Part shown: in pieces, positions 28,090-39,134 of the stretch
Layout: the number at the start of each line of letters is the position of its first letter
Numbering within the stretch: position 1 is the first letter of the stretch
From: a virus
IMG/VR virus record: IMGVR_UViG_3300041409_000348
Coordinates: 1 to 64,000 of that record
Direction: 5' to 3' (one strand)
Length of the DNA: 64,000 nt
Notes under the pieces: generated by a model
What the model was told of the DNA's origin: nothing
The model's input: only the letters and a program-made list of their open reading frames with translations
Databases searched by the model: none
Made by a program: the position numbers and the translations under genes

Positions 28090-28451
28090 CCCTCCCCCTG
28101 ACCGCGCTCGCCCTCCCGGTCCCCCTCTGCCCGATGCACAGCCTGCCCCTGTCGCTCGGCCCGGTCGTCTACCACTGCGACGCCGGGCAGCACGGTCACC
28201 GCGTCCAGGCCGCTGATCTTGAGGTGGCCGCTGAGAGCCGCTGGCAGGACCGGGCCCGGTGCGCCGAGGTCGATACGGAAATTTTCTTCCCGGAGAACGG
28301 TGGCCTGGATCGCCCGGCCAAGAAGATCTGCGCTGGCTGTGAGGTCCGGGCGGAATGCCTGGAGTTCGCGGTGGACAACGACGAGATCTGGGGCATCTGG
28401 GGTGGCTTCTCCGAGCGGGAGCGCCGGAACATGAAGCGGGAGGCGGCATGA
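28086..28451 (+). CDS. whiB: WhiB-family Fe-S transcription factor
   Basis: WQDRARC...FFP...AKKICAGCEVRAECL...GIWGG.SERER. Confidence 0.9.
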   Translation: MTLPLTALALPVPLCPMHSLPLSLGPVVYHCDAGQHGHRVQAADLEVAAESRWQDRARCAEVDTEIFFPENGGLDRPAKKICAGCEVRAECLEFAVDNDEIWGIWGGFSERERRNMKREAA

Positions 28452-28632
28452 CCACCATGGCCGACCTGACCGACCGCACCCGTATCCGCCACATCAAGTG
28501 GGACATGACCGGGACCATCCGGGTCGTGGGCGACTCGGCCGAGATCCGCTGGGACGACACGTTCGGCGAGATCGAGATCAGCGACGAGGGCGTGGTCTTC
28601 CCGGCCGACGTCGAGATCATCGGGGAGGCGTC

Positions 28633-29902
28633 ATGATCCGCGCTCGCCTTCTCGGCTGGGCCATCGGCCTCGCCGTCTTCCTCATCGGCTACTGGCTGTT
28701 CGTAGTGCACGGCGTGCACATGGAGGTGCGGCCGTGAACTTCGACGGCATCCTCCCCTGGCTGCAGGCGCAGCTGAGCGCCGTGGTCGCCAACTTCGGTG
28801 CCGTGGCGGCCAACCATTCCGAGCCGGCGCGTTCCACGGTCATCTACACGCTGGTGACGGTCGCGCTGGGCATGGCCGTCCTCAAGATCGTCAAGGGGGT
28901 CAGCAAGTGATACCCGCCATCACCGTCGCGGCGGCGATCTTCCTGTTCTGGATCTACAGCCACAGCCACAGTGAGGCCATCCTCACCGGGGTCATCATCT
29001 GCGCGGCGATCCTCGCCGAAGGCAACTGGCACTTCGCCCGCGTCCGTAAGCGTGCCCGCGCGCAGCGCGCACGCGGCTAACCGAAGACCGAAGACTCCCG
29101 GCCCGAACGGTGCCGGGTTAACCAAAGGAGAAAAAGTCCATGCACCCCACCCACGTCCTCGCCTACGCCCCCGTCGACAACTACGCCAACCAGCACCAGA
29201 GCATGGCCATGTACGTCGCGCTCGGGTTCATCGCGCTGGTCATCTTCGGGCTCCTCCGGCTCGCCGGCGGCGGTCGCCGCGCCTAACCCAAGACCCCCCG
29301 GCGTCACCTGGCACCGGGCCGGACCTCCCGAAGGAGACAGCACGTGAGCATCGAACCCGTCGCCGCCGCCGCTCAGGCGTGCAGCACCCGGACCAGCAAC
29401 CTGCTGGCGAACTGGAAGTGCAGTTTCACCGTCGCCCATCCGTCCACCGTCCAGGCCGGCGGTGGCCCGTCGCTGCACTCCACCAGCCCCGTCGTCATCT
29501 TCATCATCGGCGCGCTGATCGGCCTGGTCCTCATCACCATGCGCAAGAGCCGCGGCCGGTCCGCACCCGCCAGCCGTTAAAGCGAGAGCCCGGCAACGCG
29601 GCCAAGCAACCGCCGGGCCCCCGCAGACCCCATCCCCTGAAGGAGAGATCGTGCCCGTATCCAACCAGACCCGTCACCGGCTCACCAGGGCCGCACTGAT
29701 CGCGGCCCCGTTCGCGTCGATCACGCTGCTCGGCGAGCTCGCGTCGCTGGCGTCCCGGTTCCGCCCCGTCGCTGGCGTCCTGGTGGTCGTGCTCGTGTTC
29801 GGCTGCGGCCTGATCGTCAAGCGGCGGCAGCGCACCGCGGCCCTGCCCCGCCCGGCCGCCGCACCGCTCCCGGTGCGTGAGCCGGCGCAACTCGCCGCCT
29901 GA
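28633..29902 (+). other. array of six small membrane-protein ORFs (28633-28737, 28734-28910, 28907-29080, 29140-29286, 29344-29580, 29651-29902)
   Basis: translated by hand; each has 1-2 hydrophobic helices and an RBS or coupled start. Confidence 0.6.
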
Positions 29903-29949
29903 CCCCGGATTACCCGCAACCACACGGCAACAGGGAGAGGATTCCGGGC

Positions 29950-31008
29950 ATGGGAAAGCATTCAGACCTCAGTAACTGGCAGGTGAAGGCGGTCGTCACC
30001 GTCGTCGCCATTGTCGCGGCCGGTCTCGCCGTCTACTCCGCCGCGGCCTCCTACGAAACCGTGTCCCACCTGGCGGCCACCTACGGCGTGCCGCTGGCCC
30101 GCTGGACGCCGATCGGCCTCGACGGCGGGCTCTTCGGCGCGATCATCATCAACATCGGGCTCATCTGGCTGAAGAAGCCGGTGTGGTGGTTCGGGATGGT
30201 GGCGCGGTTCTTCGCCATCGCGGTGATCGCCGCGAACGGTGCCGCCGGCTGGCCCCGCCCCATCGGCGTCGGCCTCCGCGTCGCCGCCCCGGTGCTGTTC
30301 GTCATCATCATGGAAGCCGCGCAATACGTCCTGCTGTACCGGACGGATGCGGCCGAGGCGGAAAGGCAGCGGAAGCGGGACGAGCGCATTCCATTCGCCC
30401 GCTGGACTCTCGCGCCAATTCAGACGTTCGCTATCTGGCGGCGGAAAAAGCTCTGGACGGACAGTAATCTCCCGCAGTCCGTAATTGACGTTGAGCTTTC
30501 CTTTATCCGCCTCGCCGATTTCTACGGCACCGATTGGCGCGACCAGGCCGACCCCGACTTGGTGTGGATGGTGGAGTCCGGCGTGAACATGGACGAGGTG
30601 CTGGACCGGGTGCGGAAGCTCACCACCGTCAAGGCGGTAACGCGGCGGCAGGGGAGCGGCGGTAACACTCAGGTCGCGGCGGCAGTAACGCCAGAGCCCG
30701 CGCTCCCCGTAACGGCCCCGGCTGCCGGGGGAGCGGTGCCAGTAACGCCGCCGCCCGTTACGCCGGAAACGGACGCCGTGGGGGAGGGGCTCCGGAAGCG
30801 CACAGAGGGGGAGTGGCTCACGGAGGTCCGCAACCTGTACGCCGACCAGGGCGACGCCCTGAGTGTCCGCAAGCTCATGCCGCAGCTGAAGCTCCTCGGC
30901 GGCGGCAGCGGGATCGCCATCGCCACGGCGACGGCGATGCTGCGTCAGGTCAAGGCGGAAGCCAGGGCCGCGGCGGGGGTCAGTGACGACGCCGGGGCGG
31001 TGGGCTGA
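29950..31008 (+). CDS. DUF2637/Spd-like multi-pass membrane protein with C-terminal HTH-like region
   Basis: four TM segments (SYETVSHLA...PIGLDG); LSVRKLMPQLK. Confidence 0.65.
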   Translation: MGKHSDLSNWQVKAVVTVVAIVAAGLAVYSAAASYETVSHLAATYGVPLARWTPIGLDGGLFGAIIINIGLIWLKKPVWWFGMVARFFAIAVIAANGAAGWPRPIGVGLRVAAPVLFVIIMEAAQYVLLYRTDAAEAERQRKRDERIPFARWTLAPIQTFAIWRRKKLWTDSNLPQSVIDVELSFIRLADFYGTDWRDQADPDLVWMVESGVNMDEVLDRVRKLTTVKAVTRRQGSGGNTQVAAAVTPEPALPVTAPAAGGAVPVTPPPVTPETDAVGEGLRKRTEGEWLTEVRNLYADQGDALSVRKLMPQLKLLGGGSGIAIATATAMLRQVKAEARAAAGVSDDAGAVG

Positions 31009-31260
31009 GATGGCCTTCCCGTCCCGGTGCCTAACCGGCCGTCCGTGGGGGTGCCTGCACGGCATCCACGGCACCCCCCGCACGGCCCGGAATTGGGGGG
31101 AAATTCCCGCGATTCCCCGCCGGCCCCGTGCGGCGGCCCGCCAGATGGCCCCTCCCCCGGGGAGCGGTGCCCCTTCCGGAAGAGGGGTCCGGCCTCGCCC
31201 GACGGGCGCGGACCCGACGGGCGCGCGTGATTTTACTCCTTCCCGCATACGGAGCGTGCC

Positions 31261-31566
31261 GTGCTGACCACCCCGCAGTCCGTGTCGAACGGCCGCAAGT
31301 GGCACATCGACCACATCAACAACGCCCCCACGGCGGAGATCGCGCTGCAGCGGGCCTTCGAGTGGGCCAGGGCGGAACTGCGGGACTGCCAGCTCCGCCG
31401 CCCCCAGGACGCCGAGGGGTTCCGGTGGCAGATCATCCACGAACTCGCGGACCGCACCCACCAGATCCACGGCAACCACCCGGGCGACGAGTACCGGTAC
31501 AACCCGCCGAAGCTGCCCGGCGGCGGCTGGGTGGCCAAGCCCGGTAGCAACGTACGGCACCCCTGA
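31261..31566 (+). CDS. hypothetical protein
   Basis: ORF track; RBS GGAG. Confidence 0.5.
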   Translation: MLTTPQSVSNGRKWHIDHINNAPTAEIALQRAFEWARAELRDCQLRRPQDAEGFRWQIIHELADRTHQIHGNHPGDEYRYNPPKLPGGGWVAKPGSNVRHP

Positions 31567-31592
31567 GACGACCAACCCGAGACGAGAGAGTC

Positions 31593-32168
31593 ATGGCCCA
31601 CAGCAACGGCAACCGCGTTACGCGCACCCTGTTCGCGCTGCCCGCCGTTACGGACACCGTTCCCCGTAACGCTGGCCAGGAGCCCGTTACGCAGCCCGTT
31701 ACTGGCCCCGTAACGCTTCCCCTGACGCCGCTCAGCGTTACGGGTAACACCGGGGAGCCCGTTACGGGCCCTGCCGCCAGTAACGCTGTCGTCGTCCCGC
31801 TGTCGCCCGCCGAGCACGCCCATCTCGCCATCCGGCACTGGGCGGAACTCGCCGCGAACGGGGCCGGGCAGTTGTGGCTTCACCCGGACCGGCTCGGTCA
31901 TTCCCTCTACCACGGAAAGCCGGGATCACTGGCCGAGCATCGCGCCTACATCAAGTCGCGGGGATGGGTGCCGCCGGACCTGGACGGCAAAGCCGCCAAG
32001 TTCATCGCGGGTACCGGGGTCGTCTTTTACGCGATTACGGGGATTCTCCAGATCCCGCTTCTGATTCTTTATGCGGCCCTGGATAGGGCGCTCCGTGTCG
32101 CGGGGCTTATCGCGGCCGTCCTCGTTTTCGTGTTCGCTGTCGTCCCGCACATTCACATTCACCCCTGA
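31593..32168 (+). CDS. membrane protein with PVT-repeat N-terminus
   Basis: two C-terminal TM segments. Confidence 0.6.
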   Translation: MAHSNGNRVTRTLFALPAVTDTVPRNAGQEPVTQPVTGPVTLPLTPLSVTGNTGEPVTGPAASNAVVVPLSPAEHAHLAIRHWAELAANGAGQLWLHPDRLGHSLYHGKPGSLAEHRAYIKSRGWVPPDLDGKAAKFIAGTGVVFYAITGILQIPLLILYAALDRALRVAGLIAAVLVFVFAVVPHIHIHP

Positions 32169-32179
32169 AAGGAAATCCA

Positions 32180-32632
32180 GTGAACTACGACCCGCTTTTC
32201 CTCGGCGCCGTGTTCGGCACGCTCGCCGTGGTCGGGCTCGTGCGCCACAAGGCCCCCCGCGCCACCGCGATCCTCGCCGCGCTCGCCGTCCTGTGCCTCC
32301 TCGCCGGCGTCCCCTCGATGCTGGCCGCGCTCGGGCATCCGATCGGCAGCGGCCCGATCCTGCTGGGCATCATCATCGGCGCGGTCGGCTTCACGGCGTT
32401 CTTCTACTTCGACGTGATCCGCGGTGAGCACAAGACCCCGCTGGGCCTGAAGGCCATCGGCGGCGGTGGCCAGGGTGGCGGCAAGTCCAACCATCACGTC
32501 CGCCCGCTGGTGGTCACCGTGGGCCTGACCGTGTTCGGCCTGCTGATCGCGATGAACTGGAGCGCGGTCGTCTCGGGTACCGGCGGCGGTTTCACGCAGA
32601 CCCCCGCGATCATCGCCCACTCGGGGGCCTGA
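32180..32632 (+). CDS. multi-pass membrane protein
   Basis: four hydrophobic segments. Confidence 0.65.
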   Translation: MNYDPLFLGAVFGTLAVVGLVRHKAPRATAILAALAVLCLLAGVPSMLAALGHPIGSGPILLGIIIGAVGFTAFFYFDVIRGEHKTPLGLKAIGGGGQGGGKSNHHVRPLVVTVGLTVFGLLIAMNWSAVVSGTGGGFTQTPAIIAHSGA

Positions 32633-32635
32633 CCG

Positions 32636-34726
32636 ATGGGCCGCGTCGAACGCAGCTGGAGCGGGGACGGCCTCGTCCAGGGAGAGGTCGTCCCCGACGG
32701 CCTGTTCCCCGGCGAGGCCCCCGCCGAACCGGCGCGGCCTGAGCCCCTGTCCCGCAAGCCGGGCATGGTCCGCCTGATGTGGCGGCACCACGGCCCGTTC
32801 ATCCGCCCGTTCCTCCTGCTCGGCGTGCTCTGGCTGTACGCCGCCGTCGTGCACCGCGCCCCGGCGCTCGAGGTGCGGCTGCTGCTGACCGCGGTCCCGG
32901 GTGCCGTGGCTACGTGGCGGGTGTTCCGCCGCACCCGTAAGGGCACCCCGGCCCGGCTGCGTGCCATCGTGTCCCTGGCCGGCGGGGTGCTGTGGCTGCT
33001 GCTCGCGGGTATCGTCACCGGGCCCGCCGCGTGGATGATCGTGCTGCTGCTCGCGGGTGGCCTGCTGGCTGGCGGGCACGCCCACGAAGCCCGCCGCGAC
33101 GCCCCCGTCCCGCCCCCGGCCGACGAGGCGGACGAGACGGGCTGGGAGCCGGTGACGGAACCCGAACCCGTCCACGTCCCGCAGGCCGCGCCTCAGGGCG
33201 GCCCGGTGCGGCAGGGAGCCCTCGGTGAAGACGACTACACCCCGCCCGGCCTCGCCGACTTCACCCCCGCACCCCCGGTCGCCCCGGAACGGCTCGCCGC
33301 CGCCAGCAAAACCATCACCGCCGCACTGTCGGACGTGCTCGAGCAGTTCAACGTGGACGCCCAGGTGACTGGCTCCATGCGCGGCCCGCAGGTCACCCGG
33401 TATGAGATCGAGCTGGGCCCGGCGGTGAAGGTGGAGCGGGTCACGGCGCTGTCGAAGAACATCGCCTACGCGGCGAAGACCCCGGACGTGCGGATCATTT
33501 CCCCGATCCCCGGGAAGTCCGCGATCGGCGTGGAGATCCCGAACGCGGTCAAGGAGATCGTGTCCCTCGGCGATGTCCTGAAGTCACCGGCGGCCATGGC
33601 CGACCAGCATCCGATGATCGTGGGCCTGGGGAAGGACGTTGAGGGCCGGACGGTGCTGGCGAACCTGACGAAAATGCCGCACCTGCTGATCGCGGGGGCG
33701 ACCGGCTCGGGTAAGAGCGTCTGCATCAACGGCCTGATCACGTCGGTCCTGACCCGGGCGACTCCTGAGGACGTCCGCATGATCCTCATCGACCCGAAGC
33801 GGGTCGAGCTGTCGATCTATGAGGGCATCCCGCATCTGCTGTCCCCGATCATCACCGAGCCGAAGAAGGCAGCCGAAGCCCTGGAATGGGTGGTGGCCGA
33901 GATGGAACGCCGTTACGAAGACCTCGCCGCGTCCGGGTTCCGGCACGTCGACGACTTCAACCGGGCGGTGAGGGCCGGGAAGCTGACCGCCCCGCCCGGC
34001 AGCGAGCGGGTCTACCGGCCGTACCCGTACCTGCTGATCATCGTGGACGAGCTCGCCGACCTGATGATGGTCGCCCCCCGGGACGTGGAAGATTCCGTGG
34101 TCCGCATCACCCAGCTCGCCCGTGCCGCCGGCGTCCACCTGGCCCTCGCCACCCAGCGGCCCAGCGTGGATGTGGTGACGGGCCTGATCAAGGCCAACGT
34201 CCCGTCCCGGCTCGCGTTCGCCACCTCCAGCCTCACCGATTCCCGCGTGATCCTCGACCAGCCCGGCGCCGAGAAGCTCATCGGCGAGGGTGACGCCCTG
34301 TTTTCCCCGATGGGCTCGAAGACCCCGATGCGGCTCCAGAACGCTTTCGTGACGGAGAAGGAAATCCGGGCCATCGTGGCGCACTGCAAGAAGCAGAAGC
34401 GCCCCGAGTACCGCGACGACCTGCTGACTGCTGTCGCACCGGACCGGAACCGGGACACCGACACCGAGATCGGCGACGACCTCGACCTGCTCGTCCAGGC
34501 GACGGAACTGGTGGTGTCCACGCAGTTCGGGTCCACGTCGATGCTGCAGCGCAAACTCCGCGTCGGGTTCGCGAAGGCCGGCCGGCTGATGGACCTGATG
34601 GAGAGCCGGAACATCGTCGGCCCGTCGGAGGGGTCAAAGGCCCGTGACGTGCTCGTCAAGACGGACGAGCTCACCGAAACCCTGGCCAGCCTCAAGGCGG
34701 CCAGCAGCACCGAGGAGAACCGATGA
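32636..34726 (+). CDS. ftsK: FtsK/SpoIIIE DNA translocase with N-terminal TMs and gamma domain
   Basis: [57 protein letters not shown]. Confidence 0.95.
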   Translation: MGRVERSWSGDGLVQGEVVPDGLFPGEAPAEPARPEPLSRKPGMVRLMWRHHGPFIRPFLLLGVLWLYAAVVHRAPALEVRLLLTAVPGAVATWRVFRRTRKGTPARLRAIVSLAGGVLWLLLAGIVTGPAAWMIVLLLAGGLLAGGHAHEARRDAPVPPPADEADETGWEPVTEPEPVHVPQAAPQGGPVRQGALGEDDYTPPGLADFTPAPPVAPERLAAASKTITAALSDVLEQFNVDAQVTGSMRGPQVTRYEIELGPAVKVERVTALSKNIAYAAKTPDVRIISPIPGKSAIGVEIPNAVKEIVSLGDVLKSPAAMADQHPMIVGLGKDVEGRTVLANLTKMPHLLIAGATGSGKSVCINGLITSVLTRATPEDVRMILIDPKRVELSIYEGIPHLLSPIITEPKKAAEALEWVVAEMERRYEDLAASGFRHVDDFNRAVRAGKLTAPPGSERVYRPYPYLLIIVDELADLMMVAPRDVEDSVVRITQLARAAGVHLALATQRPSVDVVTGLIKANVPSRLAFATSSLTDSRVILDQPGAEKLIGEGDALFSPMGSKTPMRLQNAFVTEKEIRAIVAHCKKQKRPEYRDDLLTAVAPDRNRDTDTEIGDDLDLLVQATELVVSTQFGSTSMLQRKLRVGFAKAGRLMDLMESRNIVGPSEGSKARDVLVKTDELTETLASLKAASSTEENR

Positions 34727-35139
34727 CCGTTCTGGATCACCGGCGCAGCGCAGCCGACGAGTTTGAGGGGGCACCTATGCCGATCCCGCAGCAGGGACTG
34801 CCGACCGTGCCGGGCACCTCAGCGATCCCGTGGTGGACCGGTGTCCCCGGCCTCGACCCGGACTGCCGCTACGCCGAATGGGTGTACGCCGCCGAGTGCG
34901 CCGCTATCGCCTGCGGGATCCACGTCCTCGGCGCCGACGCGGGCCGCGCGGACTGGCTGCGCGGGCAGATCAAGGGGCCGGTCAGGAAATGGGCGCAGTG
35001 GCTCACCGAGGGCGGCCAGGCGCAGGCACCGAAGCGGACGCTGGTCCTGCGGATGCTGTGCGAGCGCTCCACCGTGATCGGCCCCGACCACATCCTGACC
35101 GTCGCGCAGAGCATCTGCGCCGCCGGGACACTGAGGTGA
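34723..35139 (+). CDS. hypothetical protein
   Basis: ATGA overlap with ftsK. Confidence 0.55.
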   Translation: MTVLDHRRSAADEFEGAPMPIPQQGLPTVPGTSAIPWWTGVPGLDPDCRYAEWVYAAECAAIACGIHVLGADAGRADWLRGQIKGPVRKWAQWLTEGGQAQAPKRTLVLRMLCERSTVIGPDHILTVAQSICAAGTLR

Positions 35140-35146
35140 AACCGCC

Positions 35147-35665
35147 GTGGGGCTGAAGAAGGTGCTCGCGCTCGCCGGGGCCGGTGCCGTGTTCTACGTG
35201 GGCACCCACCACTCGGCCGCCGCTGTCCCCGCGTTCACGGGGCATCTGGCCAGCGGTGCGCTCACCAGCGGCCAGCAGACCTTCGGTTCCCGATTGGCCG
35301 CCGACACGGGCCTGAACCCGGGTGTGGTCACCGCGTGGATGCTGGCCGAGGAATCCAGCAGCTACGCCGCCCAGCGGCAGGCGGACGGCAACAACGACTG
35401 GCTGAACATCGGCTACACCGACTCCAGCACGTACGGCGCCAGTGACGGCATCTGGTCAAGCCCCGTGTCGGCGGCGGACGCGACCGCCGGGTGGATGAAA
35501 GGCGGCGACACGATCCCCGGGTACGGCACCGCCAGCGCCGGTATCCGCGGCATCGTCAGTGCGGCAGGTGAGAGCCCGTCCGCGCAGATCGCCGCGATCC
35601 GCGGGTCCGGGTGGGCGTCGAGCGGCTACCCGGACCTGGGCGACCTGTACGCGCAGGCAGCATGA
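35147..35665 (+). CDS. secreted protein, possible lysozyme-like cell-wall hydrolase
   Basis: signal peptide; WMLAEE...NNDWLNIG...WASSGY; the function is inferred. Confidence 0.5.
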   Translation: MGLKKVLALAGAGAVFYVGTHHSAAAVPAFTGHLASGALTSGQQTFGSRLAADTGLNPGVVTAWMLAEESSSYAAQRQADGNNDWLNIGYTDSSTYGASDGIWSSPVSAADATAGWMKGGDTIPGYGTASAGIRGIVSAAGESPSAQIAAIRGSGWASSGYPDLGDLYAQAA

Positions 35666-36700
35666 TGAGCCAGCATCCAGAACGCCCGCGCCGAGCTCAG
35701 GAGAGCCGGCCTGACCGAGGGAACATCATGACCCCGATCACCGACACCGAGCGCCTGGGGTGGCAGTTCCGTGCCCTGGCCCTGCTCAGCGAACTGGTCG
35801 ACCGTGCTATCGCCGAGCATCTGCCGCCGCTGCAGTGGAGCATCGGCACCACCGGCGAACTGCGCGGCCAGGTGGGCGGCTATGGGGACCGGCGTGAGGC
35901 TTTCACCCGCTGGCGTGACGCCATCGGCAACCCGGACCGGGAATGGGAGGTGTTCGAGGGGAAGCGGCTGCGGGCCGCATGGGATCGCCTCGAGCACGTT
36001 GAGTTCATCCTGGCCGCCGACCTGCCGGACGACGATGACGGGCTGGGGGCACCATGAACCTCAACGATGATCAAACCCGGATTATCGACCGCGCCCGCAA
36101 CCTGGCCGCGCCTCAGTACCCGGATGTTGCAGCGATCCTGAGTTCGTCCGAGATGAAGCCGGACGCCGAGTACGCGATGAACGTCGGCTACGCGCTCGGG
36201 ATCGTGTACGCGAACCTGCAGCAGGTATTGCGGGTCGTCGGCCAGCTGACCGGCAAGTAAAGCGACTACTGGGGGACTGTAATGACGGAGCTAACGGGGC
36301 CTCAATTGGCCGCCTTGCGCAGCGCCTCCCGGCGTCGGCACCTGTACCGAGGCGAGGATGGCGTGGCGACCATCACCATCCGCCGCTTGCAGGCGATGGG
36401 CTTGGTCCTGGTTACCCCGCACTCTCCACGACCTGGCGGCTGGACAGCCCAGATCACCGAGAACGGCCGGCATGCGCTACGAGAAGGTGAGCGATCCGAT
36501 GGCTAGCATCCTGACGCCGCGCTGCCCGCTGTGCTGCGGCCTGCCGATGCTGGTGCTCGGTGGCGGCACGCAAGCGTTCTGCGGTAACGACGACTGCACG
36601 CTGATCTGCTGGAACCCGGCGCTCAGCGTGGACGACAACCTGCTGGACTCCAAGGTCATCCACCTGCCGCCGATGACCGACGGCAAGAAGCCACCGGACA

Positions 36701-37282
36701 GTGAGTGAGAGGATGCACGCCGTGACACCGCCGAAGGGAACGCTCGCCGCCGCGACCCGCCAAGCCATCGAGACCCACACCGAATGGGATTCTCTGCACT
36801 GCTTCGTCACCCTGCACTGGGACGGGGAACGGCTGCACACCGGCACGTATGCAGCGATTGACCCGGCGATCGACCCGCCGGACTACCCGGCGCTGATGGC
36901 GGGGATCGCCGCGAAGGAGCTGGAGAAGCACCCCCACGATCCGCCGTACGCTTACCTGCTGCAGATCGAGGGGTTCGGTGTCACCGCACCTCGGCCGGAT
37001 GCCAGCGAGGCGGAACGGGAGCAGTTTGACCGGGACCGGCTCGGCCGCACCTTCCACCAGCGTGCCGACGCCGTTGAGTCCGTGATCGCCTACTGCGCCG
37101 ACATCCACGGGCGCCTCTGGACCGCCGCCGAGGTCCGCACCCGGCCCGGCGAAATCTCGGAGAATTTCTACCCGCCGGGCAAGGCGCTGGGCGGGCAGAT
37201 GATCCGGGGGCTGCTCGCGGTCGCCTACACGACCGGCATGAAAGCGCACGGTCTGCCCGGCCCGCAGAACGCCTGGAACTGA
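36701..37282 (+). CDS. hypothetical protein
   Basis: ORF track; one of several small coupled ORFs in 35.7-37.7 kb. Confidence 0.6.
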   Translation: MSERMHAVTPPKGTLAAATRQAIETHTEWDSLHCFVTLHWDGERLHTGTYAAIDPAIDPPDYPALMAGIAAKELEKHPHDPPYAYLLQIEGFGVTAPRPDASEAEREQFDRDRLGRTFHQRADAVESVIAYCADIHGRLWTAAEVRTRPGEISENFYPPGKALGGQMIRGLLAVAYTTGMKAHGLPGPQNAWN

Positions 37283-37807
37283 GCCGGACGTGCCCATCAC
37301 CGGCCGCACCTACCTTGAGCGAGGCAAGCCCGTCACGGTCATCACCCAGTGGAAGGGCAAAGGCCCCCGCAACGTGGCGATCAGGCGGCAGGACGGGAGT
37401 ATCGTCGTCCGGCCGTTCCGGGGCCTGCGAAAGCCGACGAAGTGACTGATTGCATGGCCAGTCGCTACGGCCACCATGACTACTCGCAGCCGCCGCACAG
37501 CACGCCCGATGACCCTCGTGACGCCGAGGGCGCGACGGCCTGTCAGCTGCAGATCGCGGCGGGGCTTGGCCCTTGCGAGCACGAGCGACGGTACGAGATG
37601 ATCATCTACCAGCCGGGCACGCATGACTGGATTCGCGTGTTCGCGTGCATCCCGTGCACGGCGACACTGAGGAGCCGGCCGACATTCGGGCCGGGCGGCA
37701 GTGGTTCGCCCAGCATCGCGAGAATCCGGGACGCCGCTGACCTGCCGTAACCGCTTGACAGCACGCCGTGTTGGCACTGGCCGTGACGTTCCGCAATCAT
37801 CACCCCC

Positions 37808-38770
37808 ATGCCCAAGCGCCGGGACGGCTACATCACCCCCCCACCACCCGCACCGGACGGCGAAGGCCAGCGGCCATGCGCCCGTGTCCCGCGCGAATGG
37901 TGTTCCGGGGCGAGACTCGTTGAGCAGCCCGACGGGACGATGCGCCGCGAAGCCGGCCTCACCTATCAGGCGTTCTGCGACCCGTGCCGCACCCGCATCG
38001 GTGCCTGCCTGGATGAACTCCCCTCCGCGTACGCGCGTCTCGCCGCCGCGATCGGTGACCCGCCCCGCCGCGGCCAGGTGGTCCGTATCCCGTTCGGCCC
38101 CCGCATGCCGCTGCAGCCCGCCGTCGACGAGCTCATGCGCTACATGGCCGCCGTCCTCGGCTCCTGGCATGAGCGGGTCGCAGCGGTCGCCCGCCTCACA
38201 CCACCAGACACCGGCGCGTCCCGCACCGACCCGGCCCGCACCGTCGACCGCGCGGTCACCGTCCTGTCCGTTCACCTGACCGTGATGCTGGCCCTCATGC
38301 CCGAGCAGATGGCCCGCGTGATGACCCCCGCCGACGCCGAAGCGTGGGCCGATGACCCTGATGCGGTCACCGTCGTCCGCCCCAGCGGCGAGGCGCACGT
38401 CCTGCGGCCCATGTCCGGCGCCGACGCCGGCAACGAAATCTTCGACCTGCACTATCAGGCCCGCCGGATCCTGTTCGAGACGAAAACCCAGCCGGAATCG
38501 TTCGACGGCATCCCTTGCCGCGGCTGCGAGGACATGGCCCTCGAACGCGCCGAACCGCCATCGGACCCGAACCTGCCCGCGATGAAATCCCGGTGCGCCT
38601 CCTGCGGCGACACGATGGACGACGCCGAGTTCGCGGCATGGGCCAGGCTGTACGCGAAATGGGCGGACTCGGCGGGCCTGCCGGCATGCAAACGGTGCCA
38701 GGACGACAGGCACGAGCAGTGCGCCTGGCCGGTATGCCCGTGCCGCCACGCCGGCCATGCCGCAGCGTAA
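37808..38770 (+). CDS. Cys-rich phage protein, possible late-gene regulator
   Basis: several CxxC pairs; located just before the late region. Confidence 0.55.
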   Translation: MPKRRDGYITPPPPAPDGEGQRPCARVPREWCSGARLVEQPDGTMRREAGLTYQAFCDPCRTRIGACLDELPSAYARLAAAIGDPPRRGQVVRIPFGPRMPLQPAVDELMRYMAAVLGSWHERVAAVARLTPPDTGASRTDPARTVDRAVTVLSVHLTVMLALMPEQMARVMTPADAEAWADDPDAVTVVRPSGEAHVLRPMSGADAGNEIFDLHYQARRILFETKTQPESFDGIPCRGCEDMALERAEPPSDPNLPAMKSRCASCGDTMDDAEFAAWARLYAKWADSAGLPACKRCQDDRHEQCAWPVCPCRHAGHAAA

Positions 38771-38821
38771 CGACACACTCACCTGCCGGGGTATATCATC
38801 AGTCGCAGTTGTAACAACTAT

Positions 38822-38852
38822 GCCCCGAGCCCATTTGCGGCCGGGGCGTTTT
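38822..38852 (+). terminator. intrinsic terminator just after a -10-like TATCAT
   Basis: GCCCCG...CGGGGC stem plus T run. Confidence 0.55.
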
Positions 38853-38876
38853 TGCTGTAGCGGGACGGGTGATGAC

Positions 38877-39134
38877 ATGCGCCCCACCCGTGGAGATGGC
38901 CTGCTCAGCACGCCTGCCGCTGCCCGTCTCGTCGGCGTCAAGCCCGTGACGATCCGCAGCTGGCGGCGGAAAGGCTGGCTTGTCCCGCAGGGCCTGGACG
39001 AGCGCGGCTACCCGCTGCACACCCGCGAGGCGGTCCGGGCAGCCGAACGGCTCGTCCACGAGAACGGCCTCCGCGCCTCGGGCATAGACCCGCGGCAACT
39101 GCGGCAGCGTCCGCCACTCTCCGAAGCCGCCTGA
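38877..39134 (+). CDS. MerR-like HTH protein
   Basis: LSTPAAARLVGVKPVTIRSWRRKGWL. Confidence 0.7.
   Translation: MRPTRGDGLLSTPAAARLVGVKPVTIRSWRRKGWLVPQGLDERGYPLHTREAVRAAERLVHENGLRASGIDPRQLRQRPPLSEAA

Noticed and set aside
32636-34726. ftsK as host chromosome marking a prophage boundary
   Set aside because: It is flanked on both sides by small coupled mobile-element genes with no housekeeping neighbours.
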